From: a virus
IMG/VR virus record: IMGVR_UViG_3300025736_000010
Location: 48,897 to 112,896 of that record
Length of the DNA: 64,000 nucleotides
Reading direction: 5' to 3' (one strand)
Shown piece after piece: positions 1-8,789 of this stretch. Numbering within the stretch: position 1 is the stretch's first letter; each line of letters opens with the position of its first letter. The translations under genes were made by a program, and so were the position numbers. Below the pieces are notes generated by a model. It was not told the DNA's origin. It searched no databases and saw only the letters and a program-made list of their open reading frames with translations.

Positions 1-329
1 CGTGGACAAACGCTACTACGACTAACGTTACTCCAGATACTGATTTTGAGATCGATTTACGCAATTCTGACTATTGCACAATCCAACTAGACTCTACAGC
101 GACGGCGAGCACTTCTTCTAGTATTGATTGCAACGTGTGGGCTAGCAATGACGGCGTTGTGTGGGATACACTAGCGAGATGGGACGGATATGATACACTT
201 GCGGATAATAAAATCCATTCATTCGCAATTACTCTCGGTGCTGCGTTTGTCAGACTGCGTTTGGATAACAACACTGGCTCCAGTAGGGCAGATGTTACAG
301 CTCGCGTATGGATTGGTTTGAAGAAATAG
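1..329 (+). CDS. Partial virion beta-sandwich protein (5' end outside window)
   Basis: Frame of ORF 135..329 is open back to nt 3 (WTNATTTNVTPDTDFEIDLRNSDYCTIQLD...); resembles the outer part of ORF 24411. Confidence 0.6.
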   Translation, partial: WTNATTTNVTPDTDFEIDLRNSDYCTIQLDSTATASTSSSIDCNVWASNDGVVWDTLARWDGYDTLADNKIHSFAITLGAAFVRLRLDNNTGSSRADVTARVWIGLKK

Positions 330-364
330 TTTAGGCGCGGCTTAATTATAGCGACAGGAGACAG

Positions 365-667
365 ATGGTAAGAATAAGGCCAGAACAGATTCGCGGACGA
401 GTGCTATCGACTCCACCTACAAATCCGTCAGAAGAAGATCTCTATCTAGACGACGGAACAAATACAGCGTCTGGAACATTAGGATTTAGGCGATATGACG
501 GAAGCGCGTGGGAAGATTTCGGCCTGCAATCTGGGGCTGGATCTGAAACACTTGAAGGGTTAACTGATGTTAGCATAACAAGCGTAGCTAATAGCAATCG
601 TCTTGTTTATGATAGCGCGAGTAGCAAATGGAAAAACGAGGACGTTATTGATGGCGGAAGTTTCTAG
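365..667 (+). CDS. Small virion fibre/decoration protein
   Basis: AGGAG RBS; LEGLTDVSITS...LVYDSASSKWKN fibre-type motif; ends IDGGSF. Confidence 0.6.
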   Translation: MVRIRPEQIRGRVLSTPPTNPSEEDLYLDDGTNTASGTLGFRRYDGSAWEDFGLQSGAGSETLEGLTDVSITSVANSNRLVYDSASSKWKNEDVIDGGSF

Positions 668-694
668 AAACAATATTAAAGGAGGATATGAATA

Positions 695-2155
695 ATGGCT
701 AACCAGATCCAGATTATGAGAGGAACTGCTGCTAACCTAGTTACCAAGGGTAACCTTGCAGCAGGCGAGTTGGGGTTCAGTACAGATACATTCCAGATGC
801 ACGTTGGTAGTGGGGCTGCGAATTATGAGTTCGTGATGCACCAGCTGTTTGGCGCTCAATCGATTATAGCAGCTACCGCTGATAACACACCGGCAGAGTT
901 GACTGTTGGAGAGCAAAGTGTTGTCGGGCGTATTACTAGCGGTAATGTAGCGGCATTGACAGGTGCAAACCTATGGACAATCCTTACCGGGCAGGCAGCT
1001 GCTGATGTTTCGATGAATTCTCACAAACTTACAAGCGTAACCGACCCTACTGGCGCACAAGATGCAGCGACTAAAGCATACGTAGACGCTCTAGTTCAGG
1101 GATTAAAAATTCACGATGCTGTGGCGTGCGCTACAACTGCAAATATTTCATTGACTGCCGAACAGACTCTTGACGGAATCCTTACATCTACAAGCAGAGT
1201 GCTTGTTAAAGATCAGACAGCTCCAGAAGAGAATGGTATTTACGTGTCTGCTGCCGGTGCATGGGCTCGTGCTGCCGATATGGATGCTGCTGCTGAAGTG
1301 CCGCAATCATTCGCATTCGTTTCTGGGGGAACAACGCTAGGATCTACCGGATGGGCATGTACTGTTGATCCAGACGGTTTCGTACTCGATACGACAGCAA
1401 TGCCTTGGGCGCAGTTCTCCAGCACTGGTTACGTTACAGCAAGCGCCGGATTAACAAAGACCGGCAACGATATTGCTCCCGATGGGAACCTTGAAGATCT
1501 AAACACAGTTGGCCCAGTAGATGGCGCTGATTACTTCTTGGCAGGAACTGCCGCTGGGGCGTTGGCGTGGGAAACTGGAGATACAGTTAGAACATCTCTT
1601 GGGTTAGCAATTGGAACAGATGTTCTTGCAGAGCAGACAATTGGTATTGCAAATGACAATCTATTAGAAGTAGACGGTACTCCATTAGATACAGAAGTAG
1701 CAGTGTTCACTGCAAATGGCATTAACGGTTTATCTAAGGCTGAGACAATGGCACACCTTTCTGCTGGCGCTACTGCTGATTTCTCGATGAACACTAATAA
1801 AATCACCGCAGTAAAAGATCCGACGGCAGATCAAGACGCTGCTACTTTCAAGTGGGTTACTGATAACTTTGCTTCTGGTTCTGCCGGTGCAAATACAGCA
1901 CTAAGCAACCTTGCAAGCGTTGCAATTAACCTACCGTTGCTTCCAGACGCAGCAGCTGCTGACGATTTCGGCTCTGCTACATTGCCGTTTAAGACAATGT
2001 TCTTTGCCGGTACCTCTGGAACTCCAGGCACGAATAATTTCCAATTAACTGGTGCAAGCACATCTGGAACGCGAACTGCGGCATTCCCAGATAAGTCTGG
2101 TTATGTGCTAATAACAACAGCTGCAAGCGTTATTGACGGAGGAGCATTTGTATAA
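695..2155 (+). CDS. Fibre/head decoration protein
   Basis: AAGGAGG RBS; two DPTxxQDAATxxxV motifs; RVLVKDQTAPEENGIY motif; Ala/Gly/Thr-rich; ends IDGGAF. Confidence 0.7.
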   Translation: MANQIQIMRGTAANLVTKGNLAAGELGFSTDTFQMHVGSGAANYEFVMHQLFGAQSIIAATADNTPAELTVGEQSVVGRITSGNVAALTGANLWTILTGQAAADVSMNSHKLTSVTDPTGAQDAATKAYVDALVQGLKIHDAVACATTANISLTAEQTLDGILTSTSRVLVKDQTAPEENGIYVSAAGAWARAADMDAAAEVPQSFAFVSGGTTLGSTGWACTVDPDGFVLDTTAMPWAQFSSTGYVTASAGLTKTGNDIAPDGNLEDLNTVGPVDGADYFLAGTAAGALAWETGDTVRTSLGLAIGTDVLAEQTIGIANDNLLEVDGTPLDTEVAVFTANGINGLSKAETMAHLSAGATADFSMNTNKITAVKDPTADQDAATFKWVTDNFASGSAGANTALSNLASVAINLPLLPDAAAADDFGSATLPFKTMFFAGTSGTPGTNNFQLTGASTSGTRTAAFPDKSGYVLITTAASVIDGGAFV

Positions 2156-2247
2156 TAGTTGCAATTTAACTTATAATTGTGTATAATAACAAAAGGGGAG
2201 AGGCAATCTCTCCCCGATCTTAATAAATAAAAGGGAGGAGTATTAAT

Positions 2248-2865
2248 ATGATGGAAGAAGCAAAAATTAGCCAAGTAGCAAATGAAACGGCGAAGCCTGC
2301 TGGGATGCCAATGCTAGTTACAGAGGATGACCTTCAGCTCGAAATTGGTAGGTGGGTTGTGGCCTCGCTCAACAAGGACAAAATCCTCAACCGCATGGTT
2401 GAAATCCAGCAACAACAGTCGGCTGCCATTGCAAATATGAAGGCGACGATAGACGCAGCGGCTCCATTAGCTGAGTCTAACTCAAAGCTAGGCGCAAAGA
2501 ATAAAGAACTTGGCGATGCAATAACAGCTGTGAGGGCTGAGGCCAAGGCTGGAATAGACGCCGCCAAGAACGAGGCTAATGCAATAGTTGCAACAGCTAA
2601 GTCTGAATCTAAGGCGATGATAGCAACTGCTAAAAATGATGCAACAGCAAGTATATCTGCCGCTAAAGCAGACTCTGATGCAAGAGTAGTTATAGCAGAA
2701 GAAGATGCTGGCGCTAAAGCGGACGCAGAGGTAGTTGCAGTTAAAGAAGAAGCTAGAAAATTAGCGGATGAGGCTACAGAGAAACTAGAAAAGCAAGAGA
2801 AGATAATCGTTGATTTGAAAGCAAAGTTGGCAAAATTAAAGCCAGCTAAAAAGAGGAAGAAGTAA
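2248..2865 (+). CDS. Ala/Lys-rich coiled-coil protein
   Basis: GGGAGG RBS; 11-residue AKxEAxA repeats; preceded by promoter 2159-2187 and hairpin 2195-2215. Confidence 0.6.
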   Translation: MMEEAKISQVANETAKPAGMPMLVTEDDLQLEIGRWVVASLNKDKILNRMVEIQQQQSAAIANMKATIDAAAPLAESNSKLGAKNKELGDAITAVRAEAKAGIDAAKNEANAIVATAKSESKAMIATAKNDATASISAAKADSDARVVIAEEDAGAKADAEVVAVKEEARKLADEATEKLEKQEKIIVDLKAKLAKLKPAKKRKK

Positions 2866-3605
2866 TGTCAAATACAGTAAAGATTCGTAGTGGGACAGCG
2901 GCTAACCTTGTGACACTGGGGGCGCTTGAGGCAAGTGAACTTGGACGCGAGACAGACACAGACAAGGTATATATTGGAGATGGGGCTGCTAATCATGAGT
3001 TCGTTATGCACGATCTGTTTGATGCTCAGAGTGTCTTGGCAGCTACCGCTGATAATACTCCTGTGAAACTTACAATTGACGAACAAACAGTCGTAGGAAG
3101 GATCACAAGTGGCAATGTCGCAGCGTTGACAGTAGCACAGCTTCAGACGCTGGTACTGTCTGCGAACTTACCTGAGAACGTGACGATCAAGCTAGATCCA
3201 ATTCTCAGTGCGGATACGAAGTGGACAGGTACTACTCGTGATGTGGTAGCTGGAACAACTGCTCTTGTCTACGGATACTGTTACTACATGGCTGCTACCG
3301 GGAAATGGGAACTGACAAACGCTACTGCGATAGCCACTTCTCATGGTGAGGTTGGTATGTGCGTTGTCGCTGCTGCGACAGATGCGACCGGCACGTTGTT
3401 GATGAGTGGAATGATTCGTGCAGATGATGAGTTTGATACATTCACCAAGGGTAGTGACATCTTCTTGAGTGCTGCTAATGCCGGGAAGTTGACAGAAACA
3501 GCGCCTACAGGCACAACTGACTTCGTTGTGAGGATCGTGGCGGCAGCTCCAACGGCTGACAGCATATCGTTCACTGGCGAACAGGCATACGCGACATTGG
3601 CATAG
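2865..3605 (+). CDS. Fibre/decoration protein, N-terminal paralog of 695..2155
   Basis: First about 90 aa closely match ORF 695 (GTAANLVT...EFVMHxLF...AATADNTP...VVGRITSGNVAALT). Confidence 0.7.
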   Translation: MSNTVKIRSGTAANLVTLGALEASELGRETDTDKVYIGDGAANHEFVMHDLFDAQSVLAATADNTPVKLTIDEQTVVGRITSGNVAALTVAQLQTLVLSANLPENVTIKLDPILSADTKWTGTTRDVVAGTTALVYGYCYYMAATGKWELTNATAIATSHGEVGMCVVAAATDATGTLLMSGMIRADDEFDTFTKGSDIFLSAANAGKLTETAPTGTTDFVVRIVAAAPTADSISFTGEQAYATLA

Positions 3606-3615
3606 GAGATAGATA

Positions 3616-3819
3616 ATGAATGGCAAGAAAGAAATAAGTCGAGATAACATACAAGCCGGCCGTAAAGCTGTTGACGCTTACCGTGAAGCCCACGCGAAAC
3701 TTCATGCAGGCGGTTGGCACAAGGGCATATCCGAGGATCACGCGCCGCTTTTGGAGAAGCTTGTCGCCACCCTTGAGAAACTGGGCATCACTTCGATTGA
3801 GAGGTTAAAATGGAGTTAG
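3616..3819 (+). CDS. Hypothetical protein
   Basis: AGGAG RBS; fills the gap in the operon. Confidence 0.45.
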   Translation: MNGKKEISRDNIQAGRKAVDAYREAHAKLHAGGWHKGISEDHAPLLEKLVATLEKLGITSIERLKWS

Positions 3820-4553
3820 TCAAGCGAGAAACCTGCCAAGAATACTTTGAACGCCGCCTGCGAGAGGGCTGGAAATGCATCAGCCTTGAGGGGTATAATG
3901 CTGTCCTTTTGTCTCCTGATGGTATCAGGCGGGAACTTGACCTAAGGAATGACGTTGAAACCCTTAGACCCAGTGGAGGTTCCTTTGCCACGTTTGGTTA
4001 TTATGATGGTAGTTATCATGGTGGCCTGCGAGAGGAGAATTGGAAACAGGTTGATGAGGTTACTGCTGATGACGATGCCACTTTTGTATATCAGGCTATT
4101 ACGGCATGGTCCGAAGACCACTATACATTTCCAGCCCATTCTGATGGTTCAGGGACTATCAACAATATTAAAGTATACTGTCGTATGGTTGGACTCGGGG
4201 GAACAGAACAGAGTAAATGTGTAGCTTATGTTAATAGCGTTTTATATTACGGGGACGTAGAGACTTTAACTACGTCTTGGGCATCTTATTCCAAGACATG
4301 GACCAAAAACCCTAATACAGGACTTGATTGGACTTGGGATAATATAGATGCTTTAATAATTGGTGTTGCCCTTAATAACAATAACGGCACGGTGGCAAAA
4401 TGCACCCAAGTCTATGTTGAGGTTGATTACACGGCGTCTGGAGCAACCAGCATAAAAACAGTCCTCGGCGTACCAATTGCCGACATCAAGACAATCATGG
4501 GAGTGCCTATCGCCAATGTGAAGTCATTCCTTGGAGTATCGAATGTTAGTTAG
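3810..4553 (+). CDS. Putative virion beta-sandwich protein
   Basis: GAGG RBS; Trp/Thr-rich; C-terminal triple repeat IKTVLGVPIA/IKTIMGVPIA/VKSFLGV. Confidence 0.55.
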   Translation: MELVKRETCQEYFERRLREGWKCISLEGYNAVLLSPDGIRRELDLRNDVETLRPSGGSFATFGYYDGSYHGGLREENWKQVDEVTADDDATFVYQAITAWSEDHYTFPAHSDGSGTINNIKVYCRMVGLGGTEQSKCVAYVNSVLYYGDVETLTTSWASYSKTWTKNPNTGLDWTWDNIDALIIGVALNNNNGTVAKCTQVYVEVDYTASGATSIKTVLGVPIADIKTIMGVPIANVKSFLGVSNVS

Positions 4554-4576
4554 GACAAATATAGGAGGTAATTAAA

Positions 4577-4900
4577 TTGGCAACAGTACAAGGAAGCATA
4601 CCAGAAACATGTCTATACGTTGACGATGCGCGTGATTTAGCGATAAGCGTTACTCGTGGCAATGTTTCAGGTAGCTATGCTGCCGTTACGCCGGATTCCG
4701 CGACAATAAAAGTTGATACAACCGATGGAACTGAAGTTATGGCAGAGGTAGCCGCTGGCGTTTCTGGGAGCCAAGTATATTACCCAATAAACACAGATAA
4801 CATTACTGACACTGCCAGGCGATTAGTTGTTACTTGGAAAGTAGTGTACGGTGACGAAATAGCACGCTTACTACATTATCTAACAATACAGGAAGTATAA
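4577..4900 (+). CDS. Small virion protein
   Basis: AGGAGG RBS with TTG start; TAATG coupling to next gene. Confidence 0.55.
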   Translation: MATVQGSIPETCLYVDDARDLAISVTRGNVSGSYAAVTPDSATIKVDTTDGTEVMAEVAAGVSGSQVYYPINTDNITDTARRLVVTWKVVYGDEIARLLHYLTIQEV

Positions 4901-5217
4901 TGGGACAGTATCGAGTTAGTAATATTACGATAGGATATTCTGGAGAGGATGAAACCGACCTATACAGATCGGCAGACACGAGCATAATGTATTCTATTAC
5001 AGAGTTATCCTTGCCGCTTTGGGTGCATACACACGGTTATTTTGCTGTGCCGTCAGAACAGATTGATGGTGAGAGAACTGACTTTACATTCCAAGGTAGC
5101 TACATGGAGATTTTGTTGAACGGAATACCGCAACTCTACACAAAGACGGCAACCGGAATAAGTTTAGATGAGGCTCCTGTTGTTGGAGATCATTTATGGG
5201 GATGGTGGACACTATAA
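4900..5217 (+). CDS. Small virion protein
   Basis: PSEQIDGERTDFTF...APVVGD motif shared with next ORF. Confidence 0.5.
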   Translation: MGQYRVSNITIGYSGEDETDLYRSADTSIMYSITELSLPLWVHTHGYFAVPSEQIDGERTDFTFQGSYMEILLNGIPQLYTKTATGISLDEAPVVGDHLWGWWTL

Positions 5218-5468
5218 CTTATCACATGCACAGATGGTACAGAGACAGCAGCAGTACGACTAATCCAGTTTCTGGTGTTGTTAACGGTGTGAATAAGACA
5301 TTCACTTTATCGGAAACGCCAATAACTGGGACTGTTAGAATGTTCGTGAATATGGAACAATTACCAACGGAAGATTTCACGGTGAGCGGACTGATTATAA
5401 CTTCTGCTGAGGCCCCAGTGACGGGTGACGATGTATGGTGCCACTATCAGATAGAGGTGGATGAGTGA
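5196..5468 (+). CDS. Small virion protein (start uncertain)
   Basis: GVVNGVNKTFTL...APVTGD motif. Confidence 0.55.
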   Translation: MGMVDTITYHMHRWYRDSSSTTNPVSGVVNGVNKTFTLSETPITGTVRMFVNMEQLPTEDFTVSGLIITSAEAPVTGDDVWCHYQIEVDE

Positions 5469-5488
5469 TAAAACCAGATCATAAAAAC

Positions 5489-5517
5489 TTGACAAGTAAA
5501 CGTATTTATAGTATAAT
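5489..5517 (+). promoter_or_regulatory. Sigma70/sigmaA promoter
   Basis: TTGACA-17 nt-TATAAT. Confidence 0.85.
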
Positions 5518-5545
5518 TAGTAGACGAAAAGGAGGCAATTAGAAG

Positions 5546-5998
5546 ATGTGGCATTATAGCGGAAACCCAGGAGACAGCAACATTGATGCTATTAGATTCT
5601 ACTCGCAACTTACAGATACTGACGATCAACGGTTAAGTGACGAAGAGCTTACTTTTTTGCGCACTAAAGAAGATACTAATATAGGTGCTGCTGCGCGTGC
5701 GTGCGAGACGTTAGCTGTGAAATATGCCTCTGAAGCGGACGTCAAGGTTGGAGCCAGTGGGGAATTTAGCATAAAAGCGTCTCAACTCTCCTCCCAGTTT
5801 TCCGCTATGGCTGTTGTGTTGCGTAGAGAAGCATCTAAACATGCATCTCCGTGGTCTGCGGGAATTAGCGTAAGCGAGAAGCTGGCGCAAGAAGAACGAA
5901 CTGACAGAGTAGAACCTGCATTTACAAGGGATCAGTTTGGAGGAGAAGGTGCTGGACAGAACGTATCACCTGAATGGGACGATGAGGGATATAGGTAA
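5546..5998 (+). CDS. Head-tail adaptor/connector protein
   Basis: W-Y-S-G-N-P...IRF...DTD..Q.LSDEE pattern; first gene of neck cluster. Confidence 0.7.
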   Translation: MWHYSGNPGDSNIDAIRFYSQLTDTDDQRLSDEELTFLRTKEDTNIGAAARACETLAVKYASEADVKVGASGEFSIKASQLSSQFSAMAVVLRREASKHASPWSAGISVSEKLAQEERTDRVEPAFTRDQFGGEGAGQNVSPEWDDEGYR

Positions 5999-6675
5999 TG
6001 GCATTATCATATTCTAGCCAAGTAGATAAGTCGATAAAGTATATGCTTAACAGACTAGGATCGACAGTCACGTATAAGCGGCTGCAAGCGCCTGGCGAGT
6101 GGAATCCTGATCCATCTAAGGTTATTGACATTTTGTGGGAGTGGCCAACTTTCAAAGCAATTATATATGATGTTAAAACCTCTGATGTCGAGGAGAGCGG
6201 CGGCAGGCTTGAGTTAGGTGATAAGGCATTTGCTTTTCTTAGTGATGTGTTTACGTCGCATACAAATGAAGAATACATTAAATTCACCGCTGGCGCGACA
6301 GAGTTTATGGTAGGAGAATTGTTGACAGGTGCGACAAGCGGAGAAACAGCAAATGTGGTTAGCTCATACGAAGACAGCGGGACATGGGCTGCTGGTACAG
6401 CAGTTGGAGTAGTGTGGGTTAGCGGAGCTTCTGGTGAGTTTGGAGCGTCTGAAATTATTAATGGAAGTGTCGGCGGAACAAACATGGCGACAACTACAAA
6501 GACGAACACTTCTGGCGGGACTGACAGTGCTGCGCCGGAATCTGGTGACAAGATAGTTTATGGCGGGGATACGTATAAAGTTGATCTAGCTGCAACTGGC
6601 GGTGGAACAATTATACGAGAAGATATTACAGGGATAACAAGTACGATATGGGCGCGGGTGATAGAAAATGGCTAA
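5998..6675 (+). CDS. Head closure/stopper-like protein with inserted module
   Basis: Position; GSTVTYKR...LGDK...PESGDKIVYGGDTYKV; internal Gly/Thr insert. Confidence 0.55.
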   Translation: MALSYSSQVDKSIKYMLNRLGSTVTYKRLQAPGEWNPDPSKVIDILWEWPTFKAIIYDVKTSDVEESGGRLELGDKAFAFLSDVFTSHTNEEYIKFTAGATEFMVGELLTGATSGETANVVSSYEDSGTWAAGTAVGVVWVSGASGEFGASEIINGSVGGTNMATTTKTNTSGGTDSAAPESGDKIVYGGDTYKVDLAATGGGTIIREDITGITSTIWARVIENG

Positions 6676-7033
6676 TTCTGTACAATGGAAGTTGGAGGGT
6701 TTCTATGATAGAGCTGGAACGCAAACGCTTAGTTCTGGATTAATTACCAATACATTTACACAATTTGGTATTCAGAGCACTAGGGCTATGTTGAATAGAC
6801 TGCTTCCACAACTAGCGGCGGCGGCGACTGCTCTGTGTCCTAGAAGCGGACTAGAAAAGGCTCACTTGCAGGACTCAATAGAGTGGTTTGTTTCGCCAAC
6901 AGGATTGTGGGGCGCGTATGGATCTAATTTCCCATATGCAATTTTTGTTGAGGCAGGTACTGTAAATATGACCGGACGACATTTCTTAACTGGCGCACTT
7001 AACGTAATTAAAATGCAAAACTTGGGAGGCTAG
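6668..7033 (+). CDS. HK97 gp10-like neck protein
   Basis: ALCP...HLQDSI...YAIFVEAGTVNM.GRHFL motif. Confidence 0.8.
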   Translation: MANSVQWKLEGFYDRAGTQTLSSGLITNTFTQFGIQSTRAMLNRLLPQLAAAATALCPRSGLEKAHLQDSIEWFVSPTGLWGAYGSNFPYAIFVEAGTVNMTGRHFLTGALNVIKMQNLGG

Positions 7034-7034
7034 A

Positions 7035-7271
7035 ATGTTTTTAGTATTACACAGAATCGACACAGAACACGGAGTAATGGGCGCGGAACCAAAGTACATC
7101 GAGTACAATTTGCCTATAGATCTATTAGGGCCATTCGAGGTACATCCACAAGGAACAATGGTATACTTGCGAAACAACATGGGATATGTTATAATTAAAG
7201 AAACGACAGAGGCAGTACGCAACAAAGTAATGGAATTGATTACGAATGTTGCTCGGCAAAATAATGGGTAA
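7035..7271 (+). CDS. Hypothetical protein
   Basis: GGAGG RBS; in operon. Confidence 0.5.
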   Translation: MFLVLHRIDTEHGVMGAEPKYIEYNLPIDLLGPFEVHPQGTMVYLRNNMGYVIIKETTEAVRNKVMELITNVARQNNG

Positions 7272-7281
7272 GGGGTAGATT

Positions 7282-7701
7282 ATGGCAGACTTATCTACAG
7301 AGCTAGAAGAGGCGGTCTATAATTTGGCTGTCGCTGATAGCGATTTGTTGGATGAAGTTGGCGGAAGGATGAAAAACGGCAGACCTATTGCCGGATGGAC
7401 TTTCCCGTACATACTGTATAGTTTCCCAAATCTACCATCAACGAACGTATTTCAGTCAAGTTCACCAGTAGCGACATCCATTAGCATATATTTTGACGTT
7501 TTTAGCGAGAACGACTTTTTGGCGTCGGAGGCAGGACCCATAGCAGGTTACATAAAAACCGTTTTTAACGGTGCATCTCTGACAATGACTGGATATCAGA
7601 ATATGACTATCAAGTTAGTATCAGAGAGATCGACGCAAGAAGAAGAAACAGGACTGTGGCACGCGCAACTTGGATATCAAGGAATGGCGTGTACTACTTA
7701 A
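7282..7701 (+). CDS. Tail terminator (DUF3168-like)
   Basis: AVYNL...L...VGGR...FPYI...FDVFS...WH pattern; precedes tube gene. Confidence 0.7.
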   Translation: MADLSTELEEAVYNLAVADSDLLDEVGGRMKNGRPIAGWTFPYILYSFPNLPSTNVFQSSSPVATSISIYFDVFSENDFLASEAGPIAGYIKTVFNGASLTMTGYQNMTIKLVSERSTQEEETGLWHAQLGYQGMACTT

Positions 7702-7741
7702 TTAAGAGGATATACCTAGAAAATAGGTATGGAGGTGAAAT

Positions 7742-8143
7742 ATGACTGTTTATCAGGGCGCATCAGGCTACTTTATGGCAGCCGCAACTACTACCAGTGC
7801 AGCATTGGTTGGCGAGATTAACCGGTACACCATAACAAAAACTTCCGATGCGATTGATACTTCTGTATTCGGAACGCGATGGAAGAGCTATGTTAATGGG
7901 TCAGTGGGTTGGACCGCCAGCATTAGCGGGTTCTACTATTGCGGCGATGCGGCACAAGAGGATATCGAAGATTCAATTGATGACGGAACTGCAATCGATT
8001 TGTACGCCCATGTTAGTGATGATATTTATCACTATGGCGTTGGGTATACTACAAACTTTACAGTTGAGCAGTCGCACGACGGGGTCGCCACTCTTAGTGC
8101 GGACATTCAGGGGACAGATATTCTGTATCGTACCTGCCCGTAA
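7742..8143 (+). CDS. Major tail tube protein
   Basis: GGAGGTG RBS; IDTSVFG..WKSYV.G..GWTASISG; followed by terminator. Confidence 0.8.
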   Translation: MTVYQGASGYFMAAATTTSAALVGEINRYTITKTSDAIDTSVFGTRWKSYVNGSVGWTASISGFYYCGDAAQEDIEDSIDDGTAIDLYAHVSDDIYHYGVGYTTNFTVEQSHDGVATLSADIQGTDILYRTCP

Positions 8144-8164
8144 ACTCGTGTTTTAGCGTACTTT

Positions 8165-8195
8165 AGGGCTTGGCGTAAAAACCAAGCCCTTTTTT
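8165..8195 (+). terminator. Rho-independent terminator
   Basis: AGGGCTTGG-loop-CCAAGCCCT followed by a T run. Confidence 0.85.
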
Positions 8196-8197
8196 AC

Positions 8198-8226
8198 TTG
8201 ACAAACTTTGCTAAATAGTGTATAAT
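8198..8226 (+). promoter_or_regulatory. Sigma70 promoter with extended -10
   Basis: TTGACAAAC...AATAGTG TATAAT, 17-nt spacer. Confidence 0.85.
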
Positions 8227-8252
8227 CATGCTATTGATGGGAGGCGGTTAAA

Positions 8253-8789
8253 ATAGAGTGGAGAGAAATTCCTGGTTATGAGGATAACTATTTGTGTTCC
8301 GATCATGGGGATATATTTAGTTTGTCTCACAACAAGATAAAAGGTAAAAGACTGTCTAACAACGGATACCTTAGAGTCAATCTATATAAGAAATGCAAGC
8401 AAGAAACAGCGCTTGTTCATTCTGTTGTGGCGAGAACGTTTATTGGTGAACGCCCAGAAGGAATGCAAATAAACCACAAAGATGGTGATAAAACCAACAA
8501 TCACGTATTAAATTTAGAGTACGTTACTAGTAAAGAAAACTCTAGCCACGCTATTCGCACAGGATTGTTTAATCCTGTAGGCGAAAATAATGCAAGCAGC
8601 AAACTGTTAGAATCTGATGTTGTGGAGATACAGTATATGATTGATAGCAAGAATTTTATGCAAAAACAGATTGCAGACAAATATCATGTTTCTTCCGCAA
8701 CAATATCGGCTATAGCGACTGGTAGAATCTGGGGCACAGTAACAAATATTGAGTACTGCCCCAAAAAGAGAATAAAGGAGAGTGCATAA
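8253..8789 (+). CDS. NUMOD4-HNH homing endonuclease with C-terminal HTH (probable ATA start)
   Basis: In-frame upstream EWREIPGYEDNY NUMOD4 motif; INHKDGDKTNNHVLNLEY; paralogs at 37927 and 53941. Confidence 0.85.
   Translation: MEWREIPGYEDNYLCSDHGDIFSLSHNKIKGKRLSNNGYLRVNLYKKCKQETALVHSVVARTFIGERPEGMQINHKDGDKTNNHVLNLEYVTSKENSSHAIRTGLFNPVGENNASSKLLESDVVEIQYMIDSKNFMQKQIADKYHVSSATISAIATGRIWGTVTNIEYCPKKRIKESA

Noticed and set aside
695-3130. Possible diversity-generating retroelement TR/VR pair
   Set aside because: Differences are mostly synonymous and not adenine-specific; no reverse transcriptase in the window
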